Shown here in pieces: positions 52,110-60,976 of a stretch of DNA of 64,000 nucleotides (the first letter of the stretch is position 1; each line of letters starts with the position of its first letter). The stretch covers positions 3,695-67,694 of IMG/VR virus record IMGVR_UViG_3300005719_000012, one strand, 5' to 3'. The translations under genes were made by a program, and so were the position numbers. Under the pieces are notes generated by a model, which saw only the letters and a program-made list of their open reading frames with translations, was not told where the DNA came from and searched no databases. Origin of the DNA: a virus (taxonomy: Duplodnaviria; Caudoviricetes).

Positions 52110-52622
52110 ATGTACGCCGTTACGGGACATCGCCCCGAACGTCTCGGCATTTCATATTCCGAGCGCGACCGACGTGTACTCACACGTTTCGCAATTCAAA
52201 CTCTCGGGACGTACTGCGACCTTGACGACACGTTAATAACCGGTATGGCGCTGGGCTGGGATCAAGCATGCGCGGAAGCGGCACGATCGCTCGGCATGCG
52301 GTATATTGCCGCGATACCGTTCGAAGGCCAAGAGTCAACGTGGCCAGAGGAAGCACAGAGACGATACGGACGACTTCTTGCTAGTGCTGACTTGATCGTT
52401 ACGATTAGCACTAGAGCTAACATATCGAGCGCGTTCAAGGCTCGCAACGTCTATATGGTCGATCGCGCGGAAACGATCATCGCGCTCTACGACGGCACGG
52501 CTCGCGGCGGCACATTTCATGCAGTAACGTACGCGAAGACACAAGGGCGGCGAGTCATTAACGTTTGGAAGGACTGGCAGGCGTTTTTCGGAGGTCAACG
52601 ACATACGTCAAATTCCGTTTAA
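52110..52622 (+). CDS. SLOG-family protein (YspA/DUF1273-like)
   Basis: VTGHRP, ITGMALGWDQ, AIPFEGQE..W, RNVYMVD and GGTFHAVTYA. Confidence 0.85.
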   Translation: MYAVTGHRPERLGISYSERDRRVLTRFAIQTLGTYCDLDDTLITGMALGWDQACAEAARSLGMRYIAAIPFEGQESTWPEEAQRRYGRLLASADLIVTISTRANISSAFKARNVYMVDRAETIIALYDGTARGGTFHAVTYAKTQGRRVINVWKDWQAFFGGQRHTSNSV

Positions 52623-52840
52623 TCGGTTTGTCTGTCCGCGCTGCGGTGGGACTGGTAAGTGTAAAGAAGTGGACGGATATAAGATGAAGGCTGCTTCGGA
52701 AAGCAACCAATGTTAGTTTGAGAGAAATGGCCAGCCGGCTTAACATCAGCGCGATGTATCTATCGGATCTGGAGCTAGGTCGAAGAAACTTTTCCGAAGA
52801 ACTTGCACGTAGATTCGTGGCCGAATGCTCCATATCGTGA
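52603..52840 (+). pseudogene. Zn-ribbon plus XRE HTH protein split by a +1 indel near 52687
   Basis: CPRCGGTGKCKEVDGYKM in one frame continues as RLLRKATNVSLREMASRLNISAMYLSDLELGRRN in the next; ATA follows the ggagg SD. Confidence 0.55.
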
Positions 52841-55629
52841 ATCCTCTTGCTACTGCCGTCTTCGGCTTCGGCCGTACACCGAACGACATAATGCTTGTTG
52901 GCGAAGGCCCGGGCGCCGAAGAATACCGCTACGGAAAGCCGTTTATCGGCCCTAGTGGCATAGAACAAGACTGGTATCTCGCAGCGCACGATCTCTCCTC
53001 ACGCTTCTGGTACAAAACGAACGTCTCGAAAACCTTCATCCCCGGCAATCCCGACCCGGACGATGCACTAATCTCCTTTTGGTCGTCCTGGCTTGAGGAC
53101 GAGATCCGCGAGTGCTCCCCTAAACTTATCATCGCGGTCGGCAAAATCGCGGCAACGTGGTTCCTGCACAAACGCCGTGACATGGAGACGATTCACGGAA
53201 TACCGTTTCCTGTGACCGTCGCTGGCGTACGCGCGATCGTAATTCCGATTTTCCACCCTGCGTATGGCCTACGCAACCCGGATATTAAAGGTACGATCGC
53301 TTGGGATTATTCAATCGGCGCGACCGCGGTACGACTCGCACAGCGCACGTCCCGCGAGTCGTTCTACGCGCACTATGCCGCGCAGACTCCCGTTAACGAA
53401 ATTCCGTCGCCGAAATACACAGAACTCTCCGGCCCGGACTTCATCTCCGCGATGCGCCCCTACGAAGATTCTCTCCTCGGCGCGCCTATCGAATTCGGCC
53501 TTGATACCGAAGGCTGGACAGACTACCCGTGGCCGCAGTGGCTGCAAATCTCACCCGAACCCGGCGTATCGTACATTCTCAAGTCGGGCCGCAAAAACAA
53601 CGGATTCGATCTCGCGATTCGCAAGCTGCAATCCTACATCGATCGCGGATCTACCGTCGTCGCGCATCAGGCGGGCTCACCCTCGGGCGCAATGATCGAT
53701 ACGCAGATCTGTCGCATTCTTGGGCTTGAGCTTCGAGACGCTTGCCTCGACGACACGATGTACGCGGCTTACCTCCTGCGCGTATTGTCTCGCGGCCTCA
53801 AGCCTTTATGCTTCCGATTCGCCGGCATGGAAATGGACAATTACGAAGGCATCATCGGCGACATTGGCCGCGCGAAACAAATCGACTACCTGCGGCGCGC
53901 CTTGACGCATAACTGGACTAAGCCTGATTCGTACCCCGAACGCCAGAACGACGGTACGTGGAAGATCAAATCGCCGAAGTCAATGGCCGTGCTTATCGAG
54001 GGCGTTCTCCGCGATATTGACAGCGGCAAGATTCTCAAAGATGGGCCGACTGATCCTGAAAAACGCTGGCGGAAGTTTCCAAAGCGCAGCCGCCGGGAGA
54101 TCTCTGCGGCCATGGGCACGTTCCCGCGCGGTACACTTGACGACGTCGATCCTAAACTCGCAAACGGTTACGCGGGCGCGGACTCAGACGGCGTACTGCG
54201 AATCAAGCCACGCATACTTCATGAGCTAGACGCACTTGGCTTAATCCCTATCTACAATCAAGCGATGAGATTCCTGCCCATCGTTGAAGACATGCAACGC
54301 GAGGGCATGCCGGCGCGACGTTCAAAATTCAACGCGTTGCAATCGTACATCTTGCGCGAGAAGCTAAAAATGCAACGCGAGATAAACGAAATAAACGGTA
54401 AGCCGATTAACGTCAACTCGCCAAAGCAGATGATTCCCGCGTTACGCCGAATGTCCGTTACGCCACGCAAGCGCACAAAATCAGGCGCACCTTCGATCAG
54501 TAAGAAGAGCCTAGAGTACGCGAAGCACTTCTCGCGCTTCGTACTACTGTCATTCCAAATCAAGGAGCACGGCAAAATCGAGAGCACGTACTGCCGCCCT
54601 GCGATCGATATTGCCGATAATAAAGACGTGGATGGTGCGCCCGATAATGACGAATTCATTGTCAATTCGTTTTTCCAGGCCGCAAAGCTAACGTCACGAC
54701 GACTCGCAACCGAAAAGCCCTCGCTGCTGAATCAGCCCAAGCGAACAAAAATCGGTCGCATGGTCCGCGATTGCTACGTATTTCCTGCAAAGCGTGAAGT
54801 CTGTGAATATGACTTCAAGGCGCAAGAGTTACGCGTCGCGGTGTCGATCTCTCGCGACCCGTTCGGCATCCAAATGTTCACGAAGTGCTCGATATGCGGT
54901 GTGGACCTGCCAACAAAATCTCCATGTCGCAAGGACGACAAAGGCGAGCACAGCGACCCGCACAGACAAGCTGCCGCGCGTATCTTCGGTATTGACTACC
55001 GCGACGTAGATAAATACGAGCATCGCTTGCCCGCAAAGACTGCTACATTCGGCGTCATCAACGGATTGTCTGACCTCGGCCTTGTCGATCAATTTCTTAT
55101 GTACATCCCTCCCGGCCCTGACGGTGTTCATCCGTGGGCGAAAGTATCTGACTGTGAGCATCTGATTAAGGAGATCCTAACAAAGGTTTACAGGGGAATC
55201 GGTGAGGAGATCAAAGCCACGGAGCGATATCTACGCGCTCATGGGCTCGTACGTGACGTCTATGGCGACAATCAACCCGGGATGCTGCGCTACCTGCCCA
55301 ATGGTCGCTCAGAACGCCAGCGCGACCGTGCAGAGGCAATCCGCCAAGGGTTTAATCATCGCGTCCAGGGTACCGCAGCGCAAATGTCTCAAGCGTCGAT
55401 GGTATGGTGCGATCTGCATATCCGCAAGATGCAGCGGCGCGGCGTAGATGTGCACTGGCACTTACTTTCGCATGATGCGTTTATGTTGTCTTATCCGCCG
55501 CAGTATCGCGAGCAGGTTGGCGCGATCATTCTAGAAGGTATGACGAAACATCATGGTGTTAAACTCTGCGTCCCCGTCGAGGCTGACGGGGAGTTTGCGC
55601 AGTCTTGGGGGGAGTTGAAAAAAGACTAG
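52825..55629 (+). CDS. polA: Family A DNA polymerase with N-terminal family-4 UDG-like domain and 3'-5' exonuclease
   Basis: UDG: LVGEGPGAEE...PFIGPSG and FHPAY. Exonuclease: LDTEG and DTMYAAYLL. Polymerase: motif A YDFKAQELRV, motif B AKTATFGVING, motif C SHDA. Confidence 0.9.
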   Translation: MLHIVNPLATAVFGFGRTPNDIMLVGEGPGAEEYRYGKPFIGPSGIEQDWYLAAHDLSSRFWYKTNVSKTFIPGNPDPDDALISFWSSWLEDEIRECSPKLIIAVGKIAATWFLHKRRDMETIHGIPFPVTVAGVRAIVIPIFHPAYGLRNPDIKGTIAWDYSIGATAVRLAQRTSRESFYAHYAAQTPVNEIPSPKYTELSGPDFISAMRPYEDSLLGAPIEFGLDTEGWTDYPWPQWLQISPEPGVSYILKSGRKNNGFDLAIRKLQSYIDRGSTVVAHQAGSPSGAMIDTQICRILGLELRDACLDDTMYAAYLLRVLSRGLKPLCFRFAGMEMDNYEGIIGDIGRAKQIDYLRRALTHNWTKPDSYPERQNDGTWKIKSPKSMAVLIEGVLRDIDSGKILKDGPTDPEKRWRKFPKRSRREISAAMGTFPRGTLDDVDPKLANGYAGADSDGVLRIKPRILHELDALGLIPIYNQAMRFLPIVEDMQREGMPARRSKFNALQSYILREKLKMQREINEINGKPINVNSPKQMIPALRRMSVTPRKRTKSGAPSISKKSLEYAKHFSRFVLLSFQIKEHGKIESTYCRPAIDIADNKDVDGAPDNDEFIVNSFFQAAKLTSRRLATEKPSLLNQPKRTKIGRMVRDCYVFPAKREVCEYDFKAQELRVAVSISRDPFGIQMFTKCSICGVDLPTKSPCRKDDKGEHSDPHRQAAARIFGIDYRDVDKYEHRLPAKTATFGVINGLSDLGLVDQFLMYIPPGPDGVHPWAKVSDCEHLIKEILTKVYRGIGEEIKATERYLRAHGLVRDVYGDNQPGMLRYLPNGRSERQRDRAEAIRQGFNHRVQGTAAQMSQASMVWCDLHIRKMQRRGVDVHWHLLSHDAFMLSYPPQYREQVGAIILEGMTKHHGVKLCVPVEADGEFAQSWGELKKD

Positions 55630-56543
55630 TACGTTGCGGTGTCTGCAAGAAACTCTATAACGTCAGAGTACCGTTGCGCAATTCTTCTCAGATGCTCTTT
55701 AGCCCGATCTTCTCTCGCTCGCGATTCATTCCACAGTTCCCGTTCAAGCCGCTCTTCAATCTCTGCTTCAATCAGTTCGGCAATAACGTTGGGAGATAGC
55801 GCGTCTAGCTCCCACGAATCCTCCCCGTACTCTGTCGCATACCCATCAAAACGGCTATCAGTAGTCTTAGCCGGATTCGGTGGCGGCTGGTATCTCTCTA
55901 CCTGCTCCATATTGAGTGCCAGTCGAATAACCTCTACCGGACGTCCAACAAATAGAGTTAAGCGCTCAGTAATATCCCTAGTCATATCAATGCCGCTAGG
56001 GTCGTGATCTCCTAAATGCAAGATAGTAATTTGCTTGCCGTTACGGGTCTGCCTACGTAGACGATTGTACCCCGCATCCCACATTTCAGACTGACTTGTA
56101 TAGCCCTTACAAGCAAAGTGCGGTACTCGCCACGTATTACAGGGCACAGCGATAACACCGATCAGCGCTTCTTTCTCTACCCATACCTCAACATAGTGCC
56201 TCTGATCTTCCCATAGATTATACCGAAACTGGTGAGCGCAAGCGCCAATGATCTCAGACGGCGATTCCCAAGATGCCGACGATTGAAGGTTTCGCCCCCG
56301 ATCTTCGATAGCGTTCCAGTCGATTAATCCGGCCAAGCGTCCATCGTTGATGATTGAGCCAAGCCGCTTATACTCAGACTGCTTATTGGCAATCCAATCC
56401 CGAGATACAAACTGGTAATATAGCTGGCGAAGAGTGAGAGTAAAGCCCATAGCTGCAAACTCATCGATGATGACGTTTGCCTGCGCTATTACGGCCAGAG
56501 AGGACCCTCGTAACTTAACGGACGAAAACCTGATAGTAGGCAT
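55626..56543 (-). CDS. Topoisomerase VI subunit A / Spo11-like WHD-TOPRIM protein
   Basis: LTLRQLYYQ (catalytic Tyr position), VEVWVEKEAL, KGYTS, HLGDHDPSGIDM and SWELDAL. Confidence 0.8.
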   Translation of the reverse strand: MPTIRFSSVKLRGSSLAVIAQANVIIDEFAAMGFTLTLRQLYYQFVSRDWIANKQSEYKRLGSIINDGRLAGLIDWNAIEDRGRNLQSSASWESPSEIIGACAHQFRYNLWEDQRHYVEVWVEKEALIGVIAVPCNTWRVPHFACKGYTSQSEMWDAGYNRLRRQTRNGKQITILHLGDHDPSGIDMTRDITERLTLFVGRPVEVIRLALNMEQVERYQPPPNPAKTTDSRFDGYATEYGEDSWELDALSPNVIAELIEAEIEERLERELWNESRAREDRAKEHLRRIAQRYSDVIEFLADTATY

Positions 56544-56618
56544 TTCCCTGTTTCCTTTGTATTAGGTAAGGACTGCGTTATGATGGCTCCCCCGGCTAAG
56601 ACTACTCATGGTCGGCGC

Positions 56619-56786
56619 CTATAGTCCTCTCTTGCTTAGCAGCCGCTCGGCCATCTCAGCTCTCACGCGACGGTCCTTGTCATCGTCATTTTGCAGAGAC
56701 CAGCACAGCGACCGGATTTCGGCCGCGAGTAGCGAAATCGTTTGCTTGTCGTTTCGGGACTGTTCTACCAGTTCGTAAAGTTCCAT
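56619..56786 (-). CDS. 55-aa hypothetical protein (MELYELVEQSRNDKQTISLLAAEIRSLCW...)
   Basis: SD gaggag/aagg; missed by the ORF track. Confidence 0.5.
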   Translation of the reverse strand: MELYELVEQSRNDKQTISLLAAEIRSLCWSLQNDDDKDRRVRAEMAERLLSKRGL

Positions 56787-57024
56787 TTACCTTCTCCTCG
56801 TGCTCGCGGACCAGTTGACCAAAAACCGCGGATCGTACGTTTCGAGCTGATGCGTGGCGATCATGATTTTGCGACCCCTCTTGCTCTAACTCATATTTAC
56901 ACCACGGACATGTAACGAACGATTTATGCGACGTCAAGCGCTGCGGAAATCTGTGCTCACAAAGAGCCGTACCCCACCGACGAAGATGCACAGCATGATA
57001 CGTCTCTTGCTCCTTCACAGTCAT
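56787..57024 (-). CDS. Small C/H zinc-binding protein, probable homopolymer indel near 56877
   Basis: HAVH...ALC....VTCPWC; removing one G gives a C-terminus that stops directly before the next ATG. Confidence 0.45.
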
Positions 57025-57218
57025 AACGCCTCCACGTACTTGTGTTCAAGCACGGCCAACCGATATTCCAGATTCGCCATGCGCTCCGCTAACTTCTTCC
57101 TCACGTTGTAACTTTCGTCCGGGGTCGTCGAGCGAACAAGATCGCTCAACATGTCTTCCCACTCCGTCTTCCTCCGATCTATGAAAGCGGCGCTGTCTAC
57201 TTTTGCCTTAGTGCTCAT
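57021..57218 (-). CDS. Hypothetical protein
   Basis: ATGA overlaps; 65 aa. Confidence 0.5.
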   Translation of the reverse strand: MSTKAKVDSAAFIDRRKTEWEDMLSDLVRSTTPDESYNVRKKLAERMANLEYRLAVLEHKYVEAL

Positions 57219-57508
57219 AACGCCTCCATTGCCTGTCTGAGATATTCAACTTCTTTCGGATCGCTTACCGTCTGCCCTACGTAACGCCCCTTCACGAGCC
57301 GGTTATACGCTGCACCGTGCGACAACCGCTCGCCGTCTTTCGTCTTGACTCGCCCGGCCGCGATCAACCCTGGCAACGTCGCCGGTACGTCGCGGTAGAG
57401 GATCGCGGGACCCGCGAACGTGAACACGGCTAGCCAAGTCGTATTGTCGGGCGCTCGGCGGTAGCCGATCTCTGAGATCCACGAAGAGCGCTTGAGGGTA
57501 GTAGTCAC
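57215..57508 (-). CDS. KTSC domain protein
   Basis: SSWISEIGY...LAVFTFAG...YRDVP...SHGAAYNRLVKGRY. Confidence 0.7.
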   Translation of the reverse strand: MTTTLKRSSWISEIGYRRAPDNTTWLAVFTFAGPAILYRDVPATLPGLIAAGRVKTKDGERLSHGAAYNRLVKGRYVGQTVSDPKEVEYLRQAMEAL

Positions 57509-57720
57509 CGGGCGCTCCTAAGCGTGAGATTCAGCCGGAAACGGTCGTTTTCTATACCATCAAGGTTTCCGTTGTGGAACGAGATCGGCTCAACGTCGGG
57601 GAACTGTACGGCGATCTCGCGAGGCGTGAGTTCCTTCTGTTGATGCTTCCCGAAATTGAATCCGGGGATGAAGCTATCGGCGCTGTTCATCCGCTCTGTA
57701 CCTTTATGTGCGGTGGTCAT
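57505..57720 (-). CDS. Hypothetical protein
   Basis: SD aggag; first gene after promoter copy 3. Confidence 0.5.
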   Translation of the reverse strand: MTTAHKGTERMNSADSFIPGFNFGKHQQKELTPREIAVQFPDVEPISFHNGNLDGIENDRFRLNLTLRSAR

Positions 57721-57745
57721 TGCGTTCTCCTCTCTAACTTCCAAG

Positions 57746-57826
57746 AGTGTATGCGCGGTGCATATGCACGTCAAGGGCTTTCTGCGAGTTTTACAACTTG
57801 TTTACAACTCGTCCCCGAAAGAGGAC
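57746..57826 (-). promoter_or_regulatory. Tripartite promoter copy 3
   Basis: GTCCTC-tttc-GGGGAC, AGTTGTAAA twice, TTGACG-17-TACACT; palindrome GTGCATATGCAC in the spacer. Confidence 0.8.
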
Positions 57827-58215
57827 AATTCTAGCCACGCTACCTGAGCTCCCTCTACGAGCTCAGGCCGATAAGCTCCTCTTACGCCCCTTACGCGCCC
57901 GTCCAGGCACGGCCACCCATAACCCGTAGGGACGACCACGACCGTCACGAGCCCGCCGACAGGGCCGCCGTCTAAGGCACTCGCGCTGGGACTCCTCCAG
58001 GCGTATAGCCCGCTACTCTGAGGCAGGTTACACACCCAGGCCAACTCGCGCGAGACTCTGGGCCGCCCTTCGACAATGCTATCCGCGACGACGTCCGTCG
58101 CAACTTTAATCAATTCCGATAACGCGCAACCCTTCAAGTCCGCGGCACGTTGCCAGATCTCGCGACGTTTCGGCGCCAGACGGATCGGGAAGTTGGGATT
58201 CCCGCGCCGACTCAT
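57802..58215 (-). CDS. RHH-like regulator with C-terminal extension
   Basis: NFPIRLAPKRREIWQRAADLKGCALSELIK; ends SSFGDEL* inside promoter copy 3. Confidence 0.65.
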   Translation of the reverse strand: MSRRGNPNFPIRLAPKRREIWQRAADLKGCALSELIKVATDVVADSIVEGRPRVSRELAWVCNLPQSSGLYAWRSPSASALDGGPVGGLVTVVVVPTGYGWPCLDGRVRGVRGAYRPELVEGAQVAWLELSSFGDEL

Positions 58216-58463
58216 TCGGCCATCCGATCGTCATGCGTGTATACGTCAACTTGCTCGTGCAATTTAGCGCGCGTGGCTTTGTCGAGTAAATTATTCCGCA
58301 AGGCGCTCGCCGTAACTCGCTCGATTGCTCCTGCTAGGTCTCCTTCCTCAACGTCAAGATATCGACCGCCTCGCGACAGTAGCCATTGATGCCCAGTGGT
58401 GATTAGATGCTGGAATAGTTCTCGACAGATCGCATCCGATGCCACTTTGTTAGTCTCGCTCAT
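58212..58463 (-). CDS. Hypothetical protein
   Basis: SD ggagg; ATGA overlap. Confidence 0.5.
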   Translation of the reverse strand: MSETNKVASDAICRELFQHLITTGHQWLLSRGGRYLDVEEGDLAGAIERVTASALRNNLLDKATRAKLHEQVDVYTHDDRMAE

Positions 58464-58622
58464 ACTTCCTCCGTGTAAAATTCGGTGCGCAGGTCCTTGC
58501 CTGAGTTCCTCTCATGTGCCCTCATCGTGCCCACAAATCAACCCGGCGGCTCCATTTGTGGGGACAACGTGGGAACAAATCGTTCAATCGCGCCGTATGC
58601 TTCGCTAGGATTTATTGATTTC

Positions 58623-58916
58623 TCAATCTTCCCCTAGTGAGTCATTCAACCGCCGGGCATAATTGCTTGTGTCGCTCTTGCCGTTTCGTGCGTCACATTC
58701 CCTCTGCGACTGTTCGCGGTCTTCAAACTCTAGTATAAAACCTTCCTCAGTTTTGGCGTACTCGCGTCGTATGCGCTTTCCCTCCGGATGTCTGAATATC
58801 CGCCAGAACACTCGTCCTGTTGGGCCGTCCGCGCATTGTGTTAGCTGCCAAAGCATATATATAATCTTCTCTCTTATGCTCGTACCCACATCACGACTCA
58901 ATCCTTGTGAGCCCAA
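58623..58916 (-). CDS. Hypothetical protein
   Basis: 97 aa in operon. Confidence 0.45.
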   Translation of the reverse strand: MGSQGLSRDVGTSIREKIIYMLWQLTQCADGPTGRVFWRIFRHPEGKRIRREYAKTEEGFILEFEDREQSQRECDARNGKSDTSNYARRLNDSLGED

Positions 58917-59500
58917 GACTGAGGTAAGCCAGGAACATTCTCAATTCGCCACCTTTTGGCAATTTTTCCTCCGATAACACGAATCATATCGCTCAGTTCG
59001 TCGTCGCCGTCGTCAGAAGCCAGTAAGGCGGCGGTGACGATGCCCGATAAAACCCTATCCTGCGCATGATGCAAAAGATCGCGCTTCGAGCGATTGCGGC
59101 CTCGCGCAACGTGCGCTCCTGCGCGAGCGACAAAATTGCGCTCCGGAACTACTCGAAACTCTCCTGTTTCAAGGTTGACCTCGCATGTTAACTTCTCCGT
59201 TTCGGTCGGTCGGCCAGCAAGTCTTGCGTCTACGTCCGCGGCCTTACAGCGATGGACGCCTGTATGTCCTTTATCTCGCGTGCACACATTATGGCCAAAA
59301 CCCGGAACTTGCTCACGACACTCACCAATAGAGCTGATGAGGGCAATATGTCGCTTTGCCGCACATCGTTCCGAATCGCCCGCCATAAATCCGCGCCACC
59401 ACTCCTTGCCGGCCTTGGTGCGCCCGTCGTAGGGGCACGTCAAGCCGTAGGGGCTGGCGAGTCCGGCGGTGTAGCCTTCGTTATACTGTTGATCACTCAT
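58898..59500 (-). CDS. Hypothetical protein (RMF-like CPY...WWRG motif, C..H..HxC)
   Basis: GYTAG.....CPY.......WWRGF; CTRDKGHTGVHRC; SD aggagg. Confidence 0.55.
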   Translation of the reverse strand: MSDQQYNEGYTAGLASPYGLTCPYDGRTKAGKEWWRGFMAGDSERCAAKRHIALISSIGECREQVPGFGHNVCTRDKGHTGVHRCKAADVDARLAGRPTETEKLTCEVNLETGEFRVVPERNFVARAGAHVARGRNRSKRDLLHHAQDRVLSGIVTAALLASDDGDDELSDMIRVIGGKIAKRWRIENVPGLPQSWAHKD

Positions 59501-59550
59501 TAAGGTTACCTCCTGTTTGACTCCCTAGTGTTGGCTGCTAGAGCATAACG

Positions 59551-59766
59551 CTAATCTTCCGCCAGCAGTGTGTTAAGCCGCGCAGCAAAGCCGGTATCGT
59601 CGGATTTTTGACTCGTGTTGACTCCTTCGTTTGCTTCAATTGTCTCATTGTCGAATCCCTCGCGCGGCTTCCGATAATCTGCGATTAAGTTAGCACTCTC
59701 TAAGTACCGCGCTTCACGTTCGAATCCATCGCTACGAAGTCTTTCCGCCAGCTCGTGACGCACCAT
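59551..59766 (-). CDS. Hypothetical protein
   Basis: 71 aa. Confidence 0.45.
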   Translation of the reverse strand: MVRHELAERLRSDGFEREARYLESANLIADYRKPREGFDNETIEANEGVNTSQKSDDTGFAARLNTLLAED

Positions 59767-59962
59767 CGGAATTGCAGCGCCTAGTCGGTTTATGAGATTC
59801 TCGTGCGGCCATGCGAACCGCGAGCCGACCTCGCGAATCTCCGGATGCTCGAATCACCGTTTACTCATCTCCAACAAGTTGACCATTTCGAGCCACAAAA
59901 AATGACCCGGCAGTGCCGTCAGCATCTCCGCGTATTCATCTGTCGAGAGAATCCACACGGCG

Positions 59963-60217
59963 CTAATCCTGCAACCATGCCAGACGCTCAGTCGCCGGCT
60001 TGATTTCGATCGCCGGGCCGTATCCGCCGTCATTGTATCGTACGCACTTGAACGACTTTCTACCGCGTGGCGTCCGCAGCGTCAGATACGCCGAGACGCC
60101 GTCATGCGCCATCTTGGCAACGGTGCCGTAGTTGCCGTCGTTCTCTTCGTCTTCAAGCGCACGTGTCGCGACTACGATGTAAGTGGTCCCGACGATCGTT
60201 ACCGTGTTCGTGTTCAT
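59963..60217 (-). CDS. Hypothetical protein
   Basis: SD aagga; 84 aa. Confidence 0.55.
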   Translation of the reverse strand: MNTNTVTIVGTTYIVVATRALEDEENDGNYGTVAKMAHDGVSAYLTLRTPRGRKSFKCVRYNDGGYGPAIEIKPATERLAWLQD

Positions 60218-60221
60218 TTCG

Positions 60222-60389
60222 TTATCCTTTCACGTTCGCGAGAAACGCAACTTTGTTATTCCAGAACTCCAGATCTTCAGCCGCCGTCCGTCGTGCCGTC
60301 TTCGTCTTTGCCGCATCGTAACGCTCGTGAGCATTCCGTGATTCGGCTTGCGCGTTCCAGAGTTGTTCGGCCTGATACTGTCTCGTCAT
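60222..60389 (-). CDS. 55-aa hypothetical protein (MTRQYQAEQLWNAQAESRNAHERYDAAKT...)
   Basis: SD aagggag; first gene after promoter copy 4. Confidence 0.55.
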   Translation of the reverse strand: MTRQYQAEQLWNAQAESRNAHERYDAAKTKTARRTAAEDLEFWNNKVAFLANVKG

Positions 60390-60415
60390 TTCGTTATCTC
60401 CCTTTGACTCCCCCT

Positions 60416-60506
60416 AGTGTATGTGCGGTGCATGCGCACTGTCAAGCCCCGAGATGCCCATTTCCAAAGATTTTACAACTTTTACGTTTTGTCCACTTTT
60501 GAGGAC
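60416..60506 (-). promoter_or_regulatory. Tripartite promoter copy 4
   Basis: GTCCTC-aaaa-GTGGAC, AGTTGTAAAATCTTTG, TTGACA-18-TACACT; near-palindrome GTGCGCATGCAC. Confidence 0.8.
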
Positions 60507-60549
60507 ACTTTCTCGCCGCCACCACGCCTATCTAGATGAATCCCGCGTG

Positions 60550-60578
60550 CGCGTAGCACACCCGCGGCCTACTGTCAA
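60550..60578 (-). promoter_or_regulatory. Possible second leftward promoter
   Basis: ggggcTTGACA-17-TACGCG with extended TG. Confidence 0.4.
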
Positions 60579-60720
60579 GCCCCCTGGGCTATGTCAACTA
60601 GGAGCAGTAGGCTGACTCTATCTCCTGCCCTTGCGTGCTAAGATCAGCCCGCTGACATAAACCTTAACTGGAAGGTGTGCCCCTCCCTCTATCGGAGGGT
60701 GGAGGACGGTACCGCATCCC

Positions 60721-60749
60721 TTGACATATCTTCCCCGGGGGCGTACACT
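60721..60749 (+). promoter_or_regulatory. Rightward promoter
   Basis: TTGACA-17-TACACT; CCCCGGGG palindrome in the spacer. Confidence 0.65.
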
Positions 60750-60976
60750 CCTCTTAGTTGTACGTACACGTTTCTGCCGCACGTCTCTGGAGGCTCCCTC
60801 GGCATACCCCTTATGGCGACCGCACAAGCAGCCTCAACATGTGACGTTGAGCCTCTGGTAGGCTCTCTACGGGCTCTAGGCTGCCGCCCTGCCCGGACCT
60901 TGGGCGCCGACGTCTTCTATGCGATCCTGCCCCTTGACCTTCCCCGCCCTACTGTTCTTCGGGCCTTCTTGTCGGT

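Noticed and set aside
59716-59728. GTTCGAATCC T-loop-like sequence
   Set aside because: It lies inside a coding ORF with no flanking tRNA stems.
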